Assembly (NCBI RefSeq): GCF_001949145.1
Contig: NW_019091403.1
Span: forward strand, 1,178,001-1,240,000
Length of the DNA: 62,000 nucleotides
DNA from: Acanthaster planci
Lineage: Eukaryota
Direction: 5' to 3'
In this document: piece after piece, positions 1 through 12,600 of the stretch
How positions within the stretch are numbered: the first letter of the stretch is position 1
Layout of the letters: each line of letters opens with the position of its first letter
Position numbers and translations under genes: made by a program
Notes under the pieces: model-generated
What the model saw: only the letters and a program-made list of their open reading frames with translations
What the model was told of the DNA's origin: nothing
Databases searched by the model: none

Positions 1-3000
1 TGCAGATATTAATTTGATGCTTGATTTTCAATACTTCTGGACTTTCTGCGAAGAAAAGGGAAGTCTTGTTGGATTGGCAGGGAAGGGGTTGATATGTCAC
101 TCATTAGTGGTGTTTTTCTTCTGAATGGCGGCACAACACTACAGGACTGGCTTTGTATGGACGATTACGCACCTGAATTTTGTTTATCCGCACGTGTGTG
201 ATACTCTGAAAACAACATTAAAAAGAAAATACTTGAGCTCTTAGGAAGGAAAACTTCACATAATTAAAGTCGACATTCAGAAGAGAACACTCGATAAAAG
301 AAAGGCTTCCTGCAATACCTCAGAAGCCAACTGTCAGTCATTCTTGATTCGATTGTCTAGAAGTGCCCTCAAAGCCGTCAACTTGGTTAGTCTCTCTCGC
401 AGCCTTTGAATTTGGTAAATGCCCTGGATGAGCAGTTTACCACTCCAAAAAGGCCACCCTGACTATAGCTTTCAAGGCTACCAACAGAGCTATGAAATAT
501 CATGACTCACCAATTTACCTTGAAACTGTTCCCATTGTGCAACTCAATGAGTGCTCGAAAGACTCATTTGAAGGGAAAGGGCATCATAACAGAACAGTCA
601 ATCAGCTCAATTCTCGAATCGGTTCCCTATAACATATAATTTTCTTGCAATGTAAAGATCTGCTCATTCCTCAGTGGTGCACAAACTTTGAAGCTCTAAT
701 TATGTACATGTATAAAGAAAAAAAGAACACAAAAGTAACCCTTAAATCAAATGATGTGGGAAAATATAAGTCAAATTCCGAACCCATGGCAAAGAGAAAA
801 AACTACAAGGTGATTCAAGATGCAGCGGCAGATGTATTCTGAAAGTTAAGAGCCGTGTGTTCCTTGAAGAATAGAAAGAGACCTTTATCCCCACAACACG
901 GAGACTATTAAGAAGCGACAAGCAACTAAAGAAAAGGGAATTCCATGCCGAAATCGGCTTTCGTCTCAGACAACTAAACCCGTCATTAATAACAGTGAGA
1001 TGAAGTCAACGCTTGACACGTAGTATGGGGATGAAAGAAACAAAAGTCCGGCTAGGATGCCACCACGTACACTGAACTCCGCGCAGAAATCCCCTGAGTG
1101 TCCACCCACCAGGGGAACAAAGGAGGAGCGGGGATTTCAGCTCTTGCCGGCCGAGGCAAAAGGCGCTCAAATCCCGGCCAGCCGCAGCGGGTACGACCCG
1201 GCCCACCGTGCGTGGCCTTTATTGTAGAAATTCCCGCTAAGTGCGCAGGGGCTGACAAAGTGAAAGCATTCTCAACGGTAAATCGCCTTTTTGCTCCGGC
1301 CCTTAACATTCTGCTTATCATCCGTGAGGTTTACCATAAGACCACTAATCCTTTCATTCTTGAATGCCCATCTCTCCCCGTAAGGTGTTTAACTCACTGC
1401 AAACTTAGATTGCTAATTACACCATAAGCTGAAGTTTCAAGGGTGAAGTTGGACAAGTCACAGTGTGACATGTCTCCTCTATTCTTCGTTTGCGGTTTCG
1501 AGTTATAACGGGAAGAGGATTGTACAAAGACTTCTGTAATTCCTACACACGTTCAGTTCTGAAAGAAAAAAGTTCGCTTCTCAAAATAGTAACCGAAAGA
1601 CTAAAATATTATATCCTCGAGCGAATGCAGATATTTGTCTCCTTAACGTTCTTTAATTACTAATTGAGAATATCAGTGTTCACGTGGCATTACAGTGAGC
1701 GTCAAGTAGTAATGATTTCTCTTGTCAATGTCCCAACTTGGTAACTTTTGACCATAAACGTTTATCAAGCCATGATAGTTTAGTAGTGCATCAATTAATG
1801 TGAACCGTCAACAAAGAGGTAGGCTTTTTTGTTTCGAAGTTTGTGAAAGCACAACTACACGATGTTATGTTATCAAATTAAAGCTGTAGCATGCGTAGTT
1901 GATAACAGTTTAATTTCTTTTTGAGCTATCACGATCGTCACCATGCATTATGCTAATCAGTAATAAGACCTATACATTTGTTTGTGAAAATGTTGACACG
2001 CAAACCAACCTTCTACACACCTGTGGGATTACTTACACAATTGACAAACACAAAAAATGATTCGATGTTCTTAAATCAAGCAAAATAGGGTCTGTATGGG
2101 TTCATTTGAATTTCTATGAGAGTTCTATAAAATCCACCCGTCATTCAATACCGCTGAATAATGAGTTATACCAAACCATCTTTGCTCTCTTGCTATCTTC
2201 ACCAATTGGCTCGCCCAATTAGCTGGATGAAACTTTAAGAAGAGATGATCATTTTAGTAAGACACTTTCGCAACAATTGAGCTGAACATCTCCTCGACAA
2301 AGACCGGACAATGAGGGGTCCGTTGGGGCACTCCACACCGCTGAAGAAAACGTTCGAGTGGGCTGCCATTTTGCCGTGGTGTGGAGATGGATTGTTAACA
2401 TCGAAGGTCGTGTGATGGTGTTCAATCCTACATAATAGACGGAGTTATTCTGACGAGTCTGTACCTTCGAAAGACTCAGATATCTCCACTGTGGGACGTG
2501 GCAAAGCAGACACTTGCCAACTCTAGACATTTTGTTTGCGACTATACTTACCTAAATTTTAGTGATTATGGACCGTGCTCTTTTTTTCTGCACTGCCCAA
2601 CAGCGCGGCATCTGGTAACAATTCGCTCTAATCCAGCGACATGAGACAATTTCTGATGTCGTTCGCGTCGCATGAGTTATCAAACTATGCGCGTTTCGCT
2701 TTGCAGCAATCCTATTGGTTGAAGGAACACGCGCGCGTACAACATGCACGCGCACGTATTACATCTAAAGTTACAATTGGTTTACGAAAGTTTTGCGTTT
2801 ACAAAATGGGCTGACTAATTCCAACACGGTTTTGCTATTTAATTGGTAAACTGGCGACTTTGAGCCAGAATATGTGATCGGTCACAAAGTATGTGATAGG
2901 TTAGGTCTAATCCTGCAGCCGGGCCTAACCTCTCACCGGTCAGGTGATGCAAGGTTACCGCGGGACTCAGTCTCTTCTCCTCTTCAGACCACGAGGCCGA

Positions 3001-4129
3001 CCTCGAGTTGGGGCGACAGACGCAAAGCGGGTCTGAAGAGTCACTCTGAGTTGTGAGTTTGGATGACAAGGGACCAATTAAGACCAAACACCGGGAGACT
3101 GTGACTCTGAAATGAAATACGGCAATAGGGCGATAACCAATCGGCCAAAATGTGGCAGCCGATTTTCTTATTGTCGGTGAATTTGTTCCGTGTAGTGAGG
3201 TTGGCTTTTGAAGTCGCCATTTCACCTGCAGATTATTTAAGTGACTAGAACCCACTATAATACCCCGTCCATTAGCCCACTACAAATACAGAATTTGTCG
3301 TCTATTTCCATACTTACCATTGACAAGATTGAAATAAACACACACTCTACAGAGTGGACTGAAAAAGCTACAGAACTGTCAACATTTGATTTTTCTGCCC
3401 AAGTTGAAAGGGCAGGCTTCAAACGAATACAGAGATAAAGTGGAAAGTTAGTGCATGACTCAAACTGAAATGGCTATTTTGCAGTAAATGGAATAAGAAT
3501 ACGATTGAGATTGCAAATGAGTCAAAATGGTTGTTTTCACCTTTACGGGGAGAAAACCCCCGATAACACGTGATCTTGAACTGCAGTAACATAACTATAT
3601 TGACCTATTCGTGCCTCGGCATCAACAACGTACTTCTTTATCTTTGAGGAATGTTTCCTTTTGTAGCATACCGCCCTGGGTCTCGAAATGAAATCATAAT
3701 CGTAGCGATTTAATAAGTGGATTTGGTGATTTGCCACCCCGGGCAGGACTGAAGTGCCACTTCACGAAATTCTGCTCAAGATAAGGTCGAAAAATATTTT
3801 TCAGTCAATCTGTTCGATGACTCTGCGAAAATCTGCCAGACTAGTTTTTTAAATCATGATTTTTTTCTAGGAAGGAAAAATTCCTGAAATCGCATGCGAG
3901 TGTCACGAGGTGAACATGGTGAACTTTTTGCACGCTGAAACCCCAAAACGAGACTTTTCTAGAAAAAATAAAGACTCCTCTTCCTCATGTTTCTATCGTA
4001 CAATCATTTTTAAAAAATGAGGGTAAAGTTAGAAACAACGCTGTACATGCCAGCGTGAAAACGATATGTCAGCGTCTGAAAGATCTCCTATCCATCTTCT
4101 TTATCACTTCTCATTGTACTTTCGTCCAG

Positions 4130-7100
4130 GTCGCATCTTGGATATTCCTTGCAAAGTCTGTGGCGACCGGAGTTCGGGCAAGCACTACGGTGTGTACGCC
4201 TGCGACGGCTGCAGTGGATTCTTCAAGCGTAGCATTCGGCGGAACCGTACATACGCCTGTAAGAACCGCAGCGGCGGGTCCTGCCCAATCGACAAGACTC
4301 ATCGGAACCAGTGTCGGGCATGTCGACTCAAGAAATGCATCGAGGTCGACATGAATAAGGACGGTAGGGACAGAAAATTCTCTCTCTAAATATATCAAAA
4401 TGAATCAAGTGAGACACTCAACTTGATCACTATTTACAGATTGCCTCTCCTTGGCCCAGCAGAATCAACTGTGATAGAGGGTATGGTGTCATTTAGGACT
4501 TAGCTGATAAACTGAAATGAATAACTTTTAAAACAGCAAGGATTTTTTTGACTGAAGGTATAATTAAGAGAAAAAAGGGAAAAACTTATTCGACGTCAAC
4601 GTGGAGAAAAATGAAAATGTACACGGTAATAATTTGTCGATTGTTTCAGCTCCTTTACTGGCTCCAAAACAGCAGATAAAAGAATTCCCTGCAATGCTCA
4701 ATATGTTGCCATCTTTTGTGGGCCGAGTCTCCAGGCATCGTGTCAAGGAAGAGCGGGCTAAGTACGGGTTGGCCAAACGGGCCAGCTGCGTAAACAGCCC
4801 CGCCGTGACACCCAGGACAATACCCGTAACTCGTCACTCTCTCGGCACCGGCTTGCCCGCACAGGCTCATACCAGACCTGGGGTTCGGGGACCTATTGAG
4901 CTGACCGACATACCTTAACAAGTGACTTCTGCAGCTAGTTACTTCTGCGCCTAATAAGGAGATATTTTTACCCCTAGCGGAAAGTGGGGCTTGAAATTTT
5001 GTTGACGAGAATAAGAGAAGACCATTTTACAGCTGAGTAGATGAATTAGCTTGATCACTGTAACAATTCATCTAGCCTGTCGAATAAGAGAAGACCATTT
5101 ACAGCTGACTTGATGAATTAGCTTGATCACTGTAACAATTCATCTAGCCTGTCGCATCCTCTTGGTTTTTGCGCTTTACAGAGCCATCCACAAAATGTGT
5201 ACAAAGTCTACTGCACCAAAAAACCCACGCATTCATTAAATATTTCATAGGTAAATCACACACATTTCTCAGTAAAAGCCATCACAGTTTGTAAAACCAT
5301 ACATGCTGGTTATTTAAAGGCACTATAACACGCGTCGGTATCTAAAGGAAACTAGCAATATCCAAGTCATGTTGAAACTACAACACCGTGCCATGTGTAC
5401 GCAGAGCATAAAATAGATACTACTATGATTGTAATTCTTATTCATGTGGTTGAACTTTATCTTTATGACACCACTTTCTCTGTTCTTTGCAGCTGTGCAG
5501 CACGAGAGAGGCCCTCGTAACTCCACCATCCGCAAACAGATGGCATTGTACCTGAAGGAGTCGGCTGCGGCCGCTACTGATGTAGCCAGCCCGTTGGTAG
5601 CTGCCTATCCTCCCCACGCTACCACCGTGATTAGCCCGCTAAGCAGGACGGAGACGTACGGGCCACTGATAGTCACTACATCGGAGTACGCCTTACCGGC
5701 TGGCCCATTCCCTTGCTACCCAACACCTAAGGTAACAAAATGCCCTTAGTAGAGCCTGTAACTTGCAGAAGTTACGATTACATTAAAGTAATACAATCTT
5801 CCAATTTCTTGCCACAATACTTCTTCTTTATATCTAAGGCCTAATTTCACTTTCTTATGATGGAAAGGAAAAGTTAAAAAAATTTATATATCTTTTACGA
5901 ATTGTATGGGTCCAAACAAAAGTGGGTTTTTTAATCGAATTTGGTGAAAATTCTTCTAAAATTCTTTGTGGTATGATTCATTAAATAAAATAAAAATTCT
6001 TAATTTCGAAATGAACCAAAATTCGATCGTATATTTTACTCTAATTTTAGCACTATCCTCGGGACTATATTCACCCGGTACACAGTAGTGTGGAGACGGT
6101 GTGCGAGACGGCGGCCAGACTGCTTTTTATGAGTGTCAAATGGGCCAAGAATGTGCCAGCTTTCGTATCGCTGCCGCTGCAAGATCAGGTGAGAATAGAA
6201 GTCAAGACAATCGATGATATTCGAACCATGAGAAGCTCTTGAAAAAGATTCCACACAAATAATTCAAAGAACATCCTATTAGCTTCCCCCTATAACTCGG
6301 CTCCACGAAATCATGTGTTCAATTTAAGTAAACAATGTAGATACTTCATAAACCGTTACGTGCCATAGATGCAATTATCCACGTAAGGTGCAGACACTGC
6401 GGACATTAATTTCACGTAGGCTCAATTTTAATTACGAGTGTAAAAGTTCATCAGGTTACATAGCATATATTCTGAAGATCGTTTCACACGACGCTTATCC
6501 GTGTCCAAACAAAGATGTCTTCTCCTTCCCCCCAAAAAATCAAAACAAAACAAAACTATCACAAGCGATCTTTCTTTATTTGGAAAAGGAGAAATATAGA
6601 AACAGCTTTCCTGTGACAAGCATACTTTATGTGATTTTCCCACTCTTTAGCTTTTGAGTTGTAAATGTTATCCCTATTTTTGCGCGTTTTGCCATAACAC
6701 TTTGCTACCAAACGTCAGAAAAGAAAAACAAAGGACAAAGGAGTAAAGGTTTTGGTACAAAAAGGGCTTAGCAAGGAAGTCTTCAATAGCCTGTCATTTG
6801 TAGGTCTTGTCTTGACCTGCAGTCCGTAATTGTCTGTTTGCTCTTCGTCTTCAGTTGCTTCTTTTAGAGGAGGGATGGAGAGAATTGTTCATACTAGGAG
6901 CAGCGCAATGGCACATGACCATGGATGCTGCAGCTCTCCTTAACGCTACAGGTGGGTGAAGTCAAAATTGCTAAATTGTCAGTTTTTCATTAGTAGATAT
7001 GGAGAAGAGAAATTCACGGTGTTTTGTCAAATGCAAGATTCGAGTATTTGCAATGCCGAGATATATATACAGGTTTTGTCAAAAGTTAATATTAGACATG

Positions 7101-8361
7101 GGTTTAAGCTTTCAGAAATGACACTTCTTTAGGTATGCAGCCTGAGAATACACCAGCGGAGAAACTCGCCGCGATATCAAGCGAGCTGAGAGTTCTGGAA
7201 GAAATCATTGTGAAATTGCGACAATTGGAGGTAGATGCTACGGAGTACGCATGCCTCAAAGGAATCGTCGTCTTCAAGACAGGTAAGAGGTCACTGTGCT
7301 CATGAATATTTAGTATCCCAGTATTGAGTATTTGCTCCCGTTTCAGTGCAGAAATTGTTCGCAACTTATGTACAGAAAATCGACACGGTAGTTGAAAGTC
7401 GACAAGACTTTATTTAACAAAGGATTCAGAATTCTCCTGCTTAGTGCACGTTTCTGAAGACAGCAACCTACGTTCAACACACATATTTACCCGCAAATCC
7501 CTAAGACGTCACAAGTCCAAGTAATACAATACTGTAAGCAAAAGGAACAGCTATCGCCATATTGGAATAGTAAACTCCAGGTACTAAATAAAATGCGACA
7601 GAAGGTCAGCAAATAGATTACCAAAATATATTACATATGTACTCACCGCCTCCGGGCCTGGCCAACAGTCTTACTACAACACAACCCAATAAGTCCACGG
7701 TGTGTGACGAAAAATAAAACCACCAAACTCGAACAAAATGGTGGTCTGGTGGTAACTAACACCAGTTAACAGTGTGTTGTCACCTCAAGAGCAAGTGGAC
7801 AAATGCCCATGGCAATATGCCTCCGAGCACCAAGAACCTTCAGCACGCAGCAGGCAATGCAGAACAAAAGAATGTAACAATGAACCACATTCCAGCAATT
7901 CAAGAAACGCGCTTTTACTTTTAAAACACAGCTGTGCCAATGTCTTGACTGACAGCAGCCATGATAAAACATGATAATGTGCCTCCCAAAATGCAGAGGG
8001 CGCTATTTTTGCTTACTTACGATCTACTCATGATCTCTATGCCAATAACAGAGCGGAACTATCTCAGTGGTATTAGGTTCTCAAGTTTCCTTTCTTGTGG
8101 CTTTCTTTTATAGACATTTCTAGTGTCGAAGAGACAGCCGCAGTAGCTAGCCTTCAGGACCAATCTCAACTGACTCTCAGCAAGTACATCACCCTTCGTC
8201 ATCCGACCCAGCCCTTCCGGTTTGGCAAACTCTTGCTCTTGTTGCCAACCTTACGCGCCGTGCGCCCAAGCACGTTGGAGACGCTGTTCTTTCGTCAGAC
8301 TATCGGTAGCATGCCCATGAAGCGATTGCTTTCTGATCTCTACAAGGCCCATGAATTCTGA
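4130..8361 (+). CDS. NR2E1: Nuclear receptor NR2E1 / tailless (TLX) ortholog; 6 coding exons located, short first coding exon not found
   Basis: Exons with canonical AG/GT and consistent phases: 4130-4363 ([44 protein letters not shown]...CRACRLKKC), 5493-5731 ([20 protein letters not shown]...YPTPK), 6051-6188 ([24 protein letters not shown]...QDQ), 6855-6951 ([19 protein letters not shown]), 7133-7282 ([22 protein letters not shown]), 8114-8361 (LQDQSQLTL...[13 protein letters not shown]...[12 protein letters not shown]). The CDGCSG P-box and the RILDIPC start are diagnostic of NR2E1/tll. Confidence 0.96.
5009..5153. repeat. Tandem duplication, 2 x ~73 bp, in an NR2E1 intron
   Basis: Unit gaataagagaagaccatttt...aattcatctagcctgtc starts at 5009 and 5082 with few differences; the first unit contains the inverted repeat tagatgaatt...aattcatcta. 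Confidence 0.9.
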
Positions 8362-9267
8362 ACCTGATCCCCGACGTTCCTCTTTTAAGTTTACAACGCC
8401 AATGTTAGTGCCTTGAATTATCATTCCAAAGATTATGCAAATTTAATGTTTTATTAAAGAATTACCGAAATGAGTGGACGCCTTCTTATCAGAAAGAAAA
8501 ATCTATTTTTACGACTATGAGCGCAAACCCGGGCTCGTAATAATGTACCCGTAAAAGTTTCTCAAACAGAATTGAGTTTCATTTAAATTTTTGTCTTTCC
8601 ACAGAACAGTATCAATTATCATGTGCCTATGTTACTACACGGAGCAACTGAAAAGAAAAACTGAGGTCTTAATGGCTCATTATCAGTCAACAGAGGTCGC
8701 CCTACAATATGTAAACAAGAAGGCCTCGTTTTATGATTAAGAGGGGAAAAATGGTTTTGAAAATAGATTTAAATAAATGAAAATTTAAAATTCAATATGG
8801 AATAGGGAAAAAGACCTAGTAGTAGCTTTAATTTGCCGATCTTAAAAAAAAAAATTTCCATCGAAGCGATGCCTATGGATTAAAGCAAACCAGAAGAGGT
8901 AATGAAAACTATTGCACTTGTAGTGACAATTTCACGGGCATAGTTTTAAGCACAAGCGACTTTGTGAAGACAAAAAGTGATGTACATTTCTGTCAATAAT
9001 AGTGTAAATATTGATTTTGTTAACATTTTTACGACAAATGAATTCAGGACACGAATCATTACAAACCAGAAAAAAAAAAGACTTTGGACAGTGCCTTAGA
9101 TAGGACGACTTTATGAATAAAGGTTTTAGAGGTGTCTTGGCGAATACACAATTTGAGTGCCAGAATAATGTCTAGATTGAGTTGTGGTGTTTGATGAGTG
9201 AAGAACAGAAAATCTTGATGGACTTGACAAGTGACATAAAAGAACCATAAACCTCATAAAATGTTAT

Positions 9268-9287
9268 TTTATTTTCTCTGCAATAAA
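9268..9287. terminator. Adjacent convergent polyadenylation signals (AFG1L on -, NR2E1 on +)
   Basis: TTTATT at 9268-9273 (AATAAA on -) and AATAAA at 9282-9287 (+), between the two convergent stop codons, with T-rich sequence downstream on +. Usage is not demonstrated. Confidence 0.45.
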
Positions 9288-9686
9288 TAAACAGTGGTTT
9301 TCAATTTTTGCTTTTTACCTTCTCACAACTGTATACATGTAAATGCCGTTTAAAGGTTCCCGGAAGAAAAGCAATTATGTTAAGATTTCATGTTAAAAAC
9401 TGTGTAGATACAAATATTGAAAAACAGTCCTGAATCCTCCAACTTAAATATAATTTTTCACACTTTTGGGGTACATAAATACAACGGTGTAAATGGAACT
9501 CACCAAAAAGAGCTTAAATATTTTGCTCAACCCCTGCCCCCCCACAAAAAAATCCCCCATTCTCCCAAAAATTGGTTCTGAATTCCTTTTTGAGTATTGC
9601 AGTTTTGCAATTGCAGTTTAAAAAGCAGGTTAAGGAGGCAAAGAAATACAATTAAATCAGTGTGTTTGAGGGGTCCTAGGTTATCA

Positions 9687-12600
9687 TCATAAGTCCTCCG
9701 GTTTCACCTCCTCCGTCTTCCTACTCTCTCTGGTGCTAGTCCAATACTCCTCCGTCTGCATCTCTGTCAGTCTTGAGATGGTCCTCTCAAAGGCAAATAG
9801 CTCCTCTTCACCTGTGAAGATGCTGGCCGATATGCTGCTAGCATCCTGTGATGGGAAACAATCATGTCTGGTAAACATGAAGGACGCCCTCGTTTGTTGT
9901 GTTTTATATTCAGTTGTTAATTTAATAATATTAGTGGTGTTCAGAGGGCGCCCTCTTTTGAAAGCTTCAAGACGACAAAATCAAAATCAGCATGATTTTG
10001 CAGCAGGTGCTTTCACAGTTGCTTGAAAAAAGAAGTAGTTAACCTACACCTTGTAATTGAAGGTGAAAACTATGTATACTATCAATAAAGAATTGCTGCA
10101 AATGAAATACATCTTCTGAATACATGAAAATAAGAACAAGTTTCTTACAAAACTCAATCAAAAGGACACTGGGTGTGAGTAATCTGTAATTTGTAACAAA
10201 TGTCCTCTTCTAATCTCACCATCTTAATGTTAAGGTCATCCATGAGCATCCTGCGGTCATCTAGGTCATGCTGGGTCATGTGACCTGTGACAAACAGATC
10301 CTCTGGTTCTGTCTCTGCAGAGCACACTAACCTCACCTTGAAAGAAGAATTAAAAAAACTCAACGAAATTAGAGCTCAAAGCTGTTTACAAGAACCCAAA
10401 TGGAAAGAGATGTTAATGCACAGTGGTTAACTTAAAATTGACCAATCAGGGAGGCTTAGTTACTTAGATTGGACATCTAATCAGCATAAGATGCCAAATA
10501 ATTACCTTGTTATCGTAGAAGTTGTCAATGAGTGTGATGAAACGGCGGGCTGCTGATTTCATCCTCAGCGACATCTGGGGAATATCACGTATAAAGATGA
10601 TGTCAAATTCCCTGCCTAACGCGAGGTAGTCACCAGCACCTAATGGCTTGACACAGTAAGAAAGAGAAAAATTGTACAGAAGATTACTCAGAGTGTAAAG
10701 GGCATATGAGCAGAAGAGGGCGCTGCATGCTGAAAAAAAAACAAGAAATGAGATGTGTAGAAGAAAAGGAAACTTTTATTTGAAATGCACAAGAACATAA
10801 GAGGGCACAAAATGCAAGAGGGCACTGCGCAGAAAGAAAGAATCAAAGGAAGAAAAGATTGTGAACTTGTAAAGAAAATACATAATTATGAAAGTATGAA
10901 GGCGCTGCATGGTGACAATAAAGGAAAAAACATACAGAAGGCAATGGAACTCATAAACAGCATGGATGTGAACGCAAGAGGGCGCTGTATGGTGATGACA
11001 CTCACCCTGTCGCAGAGCTCAGTAAATGTGAAAACAGCAATCCTGCCACAGGCTACCGGTACTTTTAACTCTCTGCCCATCAAGTGAATTGTTCTACTCT
11101 GTATAACTGTTGAAGAAAGTTAAAATGGGTAGAGTAAAGTTGGTGAGATTCCATCAAGTCAGGAGGCACAGTAGCACTCAATCTGGCAAAAGGAAAGCGA
11201 GACTTATCCTTGTGAATGTTTCTGATGTCAGCATTTTGGGGGTGCGCATAGGAATGGTTTCATGGTTAGGCTCCGTGACTCATGGTTAGACGGATTATGG
11301 ATCAAATCCAACCAATGAGGGATTGCAGATCAAATCCAGCTGATCATCCAACGTTGTGTCTTCAGGCAAGCCACTTTACACAAACTTGTCTGTTTCCATC
11401 AGCGCAAAGGAATAGGTACCAGGCTTAACTACAAGAAAACATGCACTGAATTGGCATCTTTAAATCTTTTCCAAGCCGGACAAAAATGCATCTGATTTTG
11501 AATAGACATTCACGTTGTTACAGTGCCTAGCGCAACGCACTATGATTGGCCACCACCAACTTCCAAAGACTCCAAACCCAACATTTATCAAGCATCCATG
11601 AAGTGCATAATTACACTGACTTCATGACTAGCATTTCTGTTGAATGTCCTCCTACCTGCATCTTCTTGCCTGGCCATGGTCTTGAATAGCCTCTCCAACT
11701 CTGCATCAGCGTTGCACCTGTTGCTTACAAAGTACACCTGCCCCCTTTCTGAGACATCTGTTTGGAGAATAAACATAAAGCAATGGTAACAAGAATACAA
11801 ATGCTGTAACACACTGCAAGATCTGGAAATCCCCATTATAGCATTTGACAATATGGAAACAGAAGAAATCTGAATATATTTAAAGTCAACAATCTAATTC
11901 AATTTACCGGATCTGTGGATGTTTAAATCAAATAATCAAATAATGATCCAAACCAAATGCCTGAGAAATAACGAGTACTAGTCTACACCAAAAAACAAAA
12001 ATCAAAGACCAAAATCCTTCTGAAGCCTTATATTTACCCAATTTTCGGTAATCGATTCCTGAGTCTAGTTGCAGCACATTACAATGATCCTAAAACAGGC
12101 ACAAGAAATATAAAATATCAAATCAAATTTATTCAGCAGTATCTGAATTGAATTATTAAACTTTGTGGCTTTGTTTCAATTCAAGTACCAACTTGAGCAG
12201 TAATTCTAATTACCTTTAATACTTGGATGAATGGAACAAAGTTACTCCGCTGAAGTCCATTCTTGTACAAGTCATCTGGTTGTCGGTTGGACGTCGCAAC
12301 CACGACAACGCCATTTTGGAATAACTCTGTGAAGAGCCTCTTAAGTATCATAGCATCCGCTATGTCAGTAACCTGCACAATGAAAGATGGGCAGAATTTT
12401 TAACACATTATAAAGAAAGGTTTGTCCATTTGGAGTGTTCCATTCCAACTGAGAAATCAGGTTGATGTGGGATTGCTGTATCATTTTTCATCTTTATTTC
12501 TATATAACTTAAGTTGTAGGTTCAGTGAGGTGAGGCGAATGCAGTCTTCTCAAATGTGATGTTAGTCTTGATAAAGGTATCATGTAAATGAGACAAGAGA

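Noticed and set aside
4066..4129. In-frame ATG giving [21 protein letters not shown] as the NR2E1 N-terminus
   Set aside because: The segment is a polypyrimidine tract ending in a clean acceptor at 4129, at the conserved first-intron position; more likely intronic.
7774..7974. 66-aa ORF in the last NR2E1 intron as an extra exon
   Set aside because: No polypyrimidine tract, no nuclear-receptor similarity, and the flanking exons already join in phase.
8910..8921. TATTGCACTTGT, identical to the first 12 nt of miR-92
   Set aside because: The sequence diverges afterwards and no complementary arm forms a pre-miRNA hairpin.
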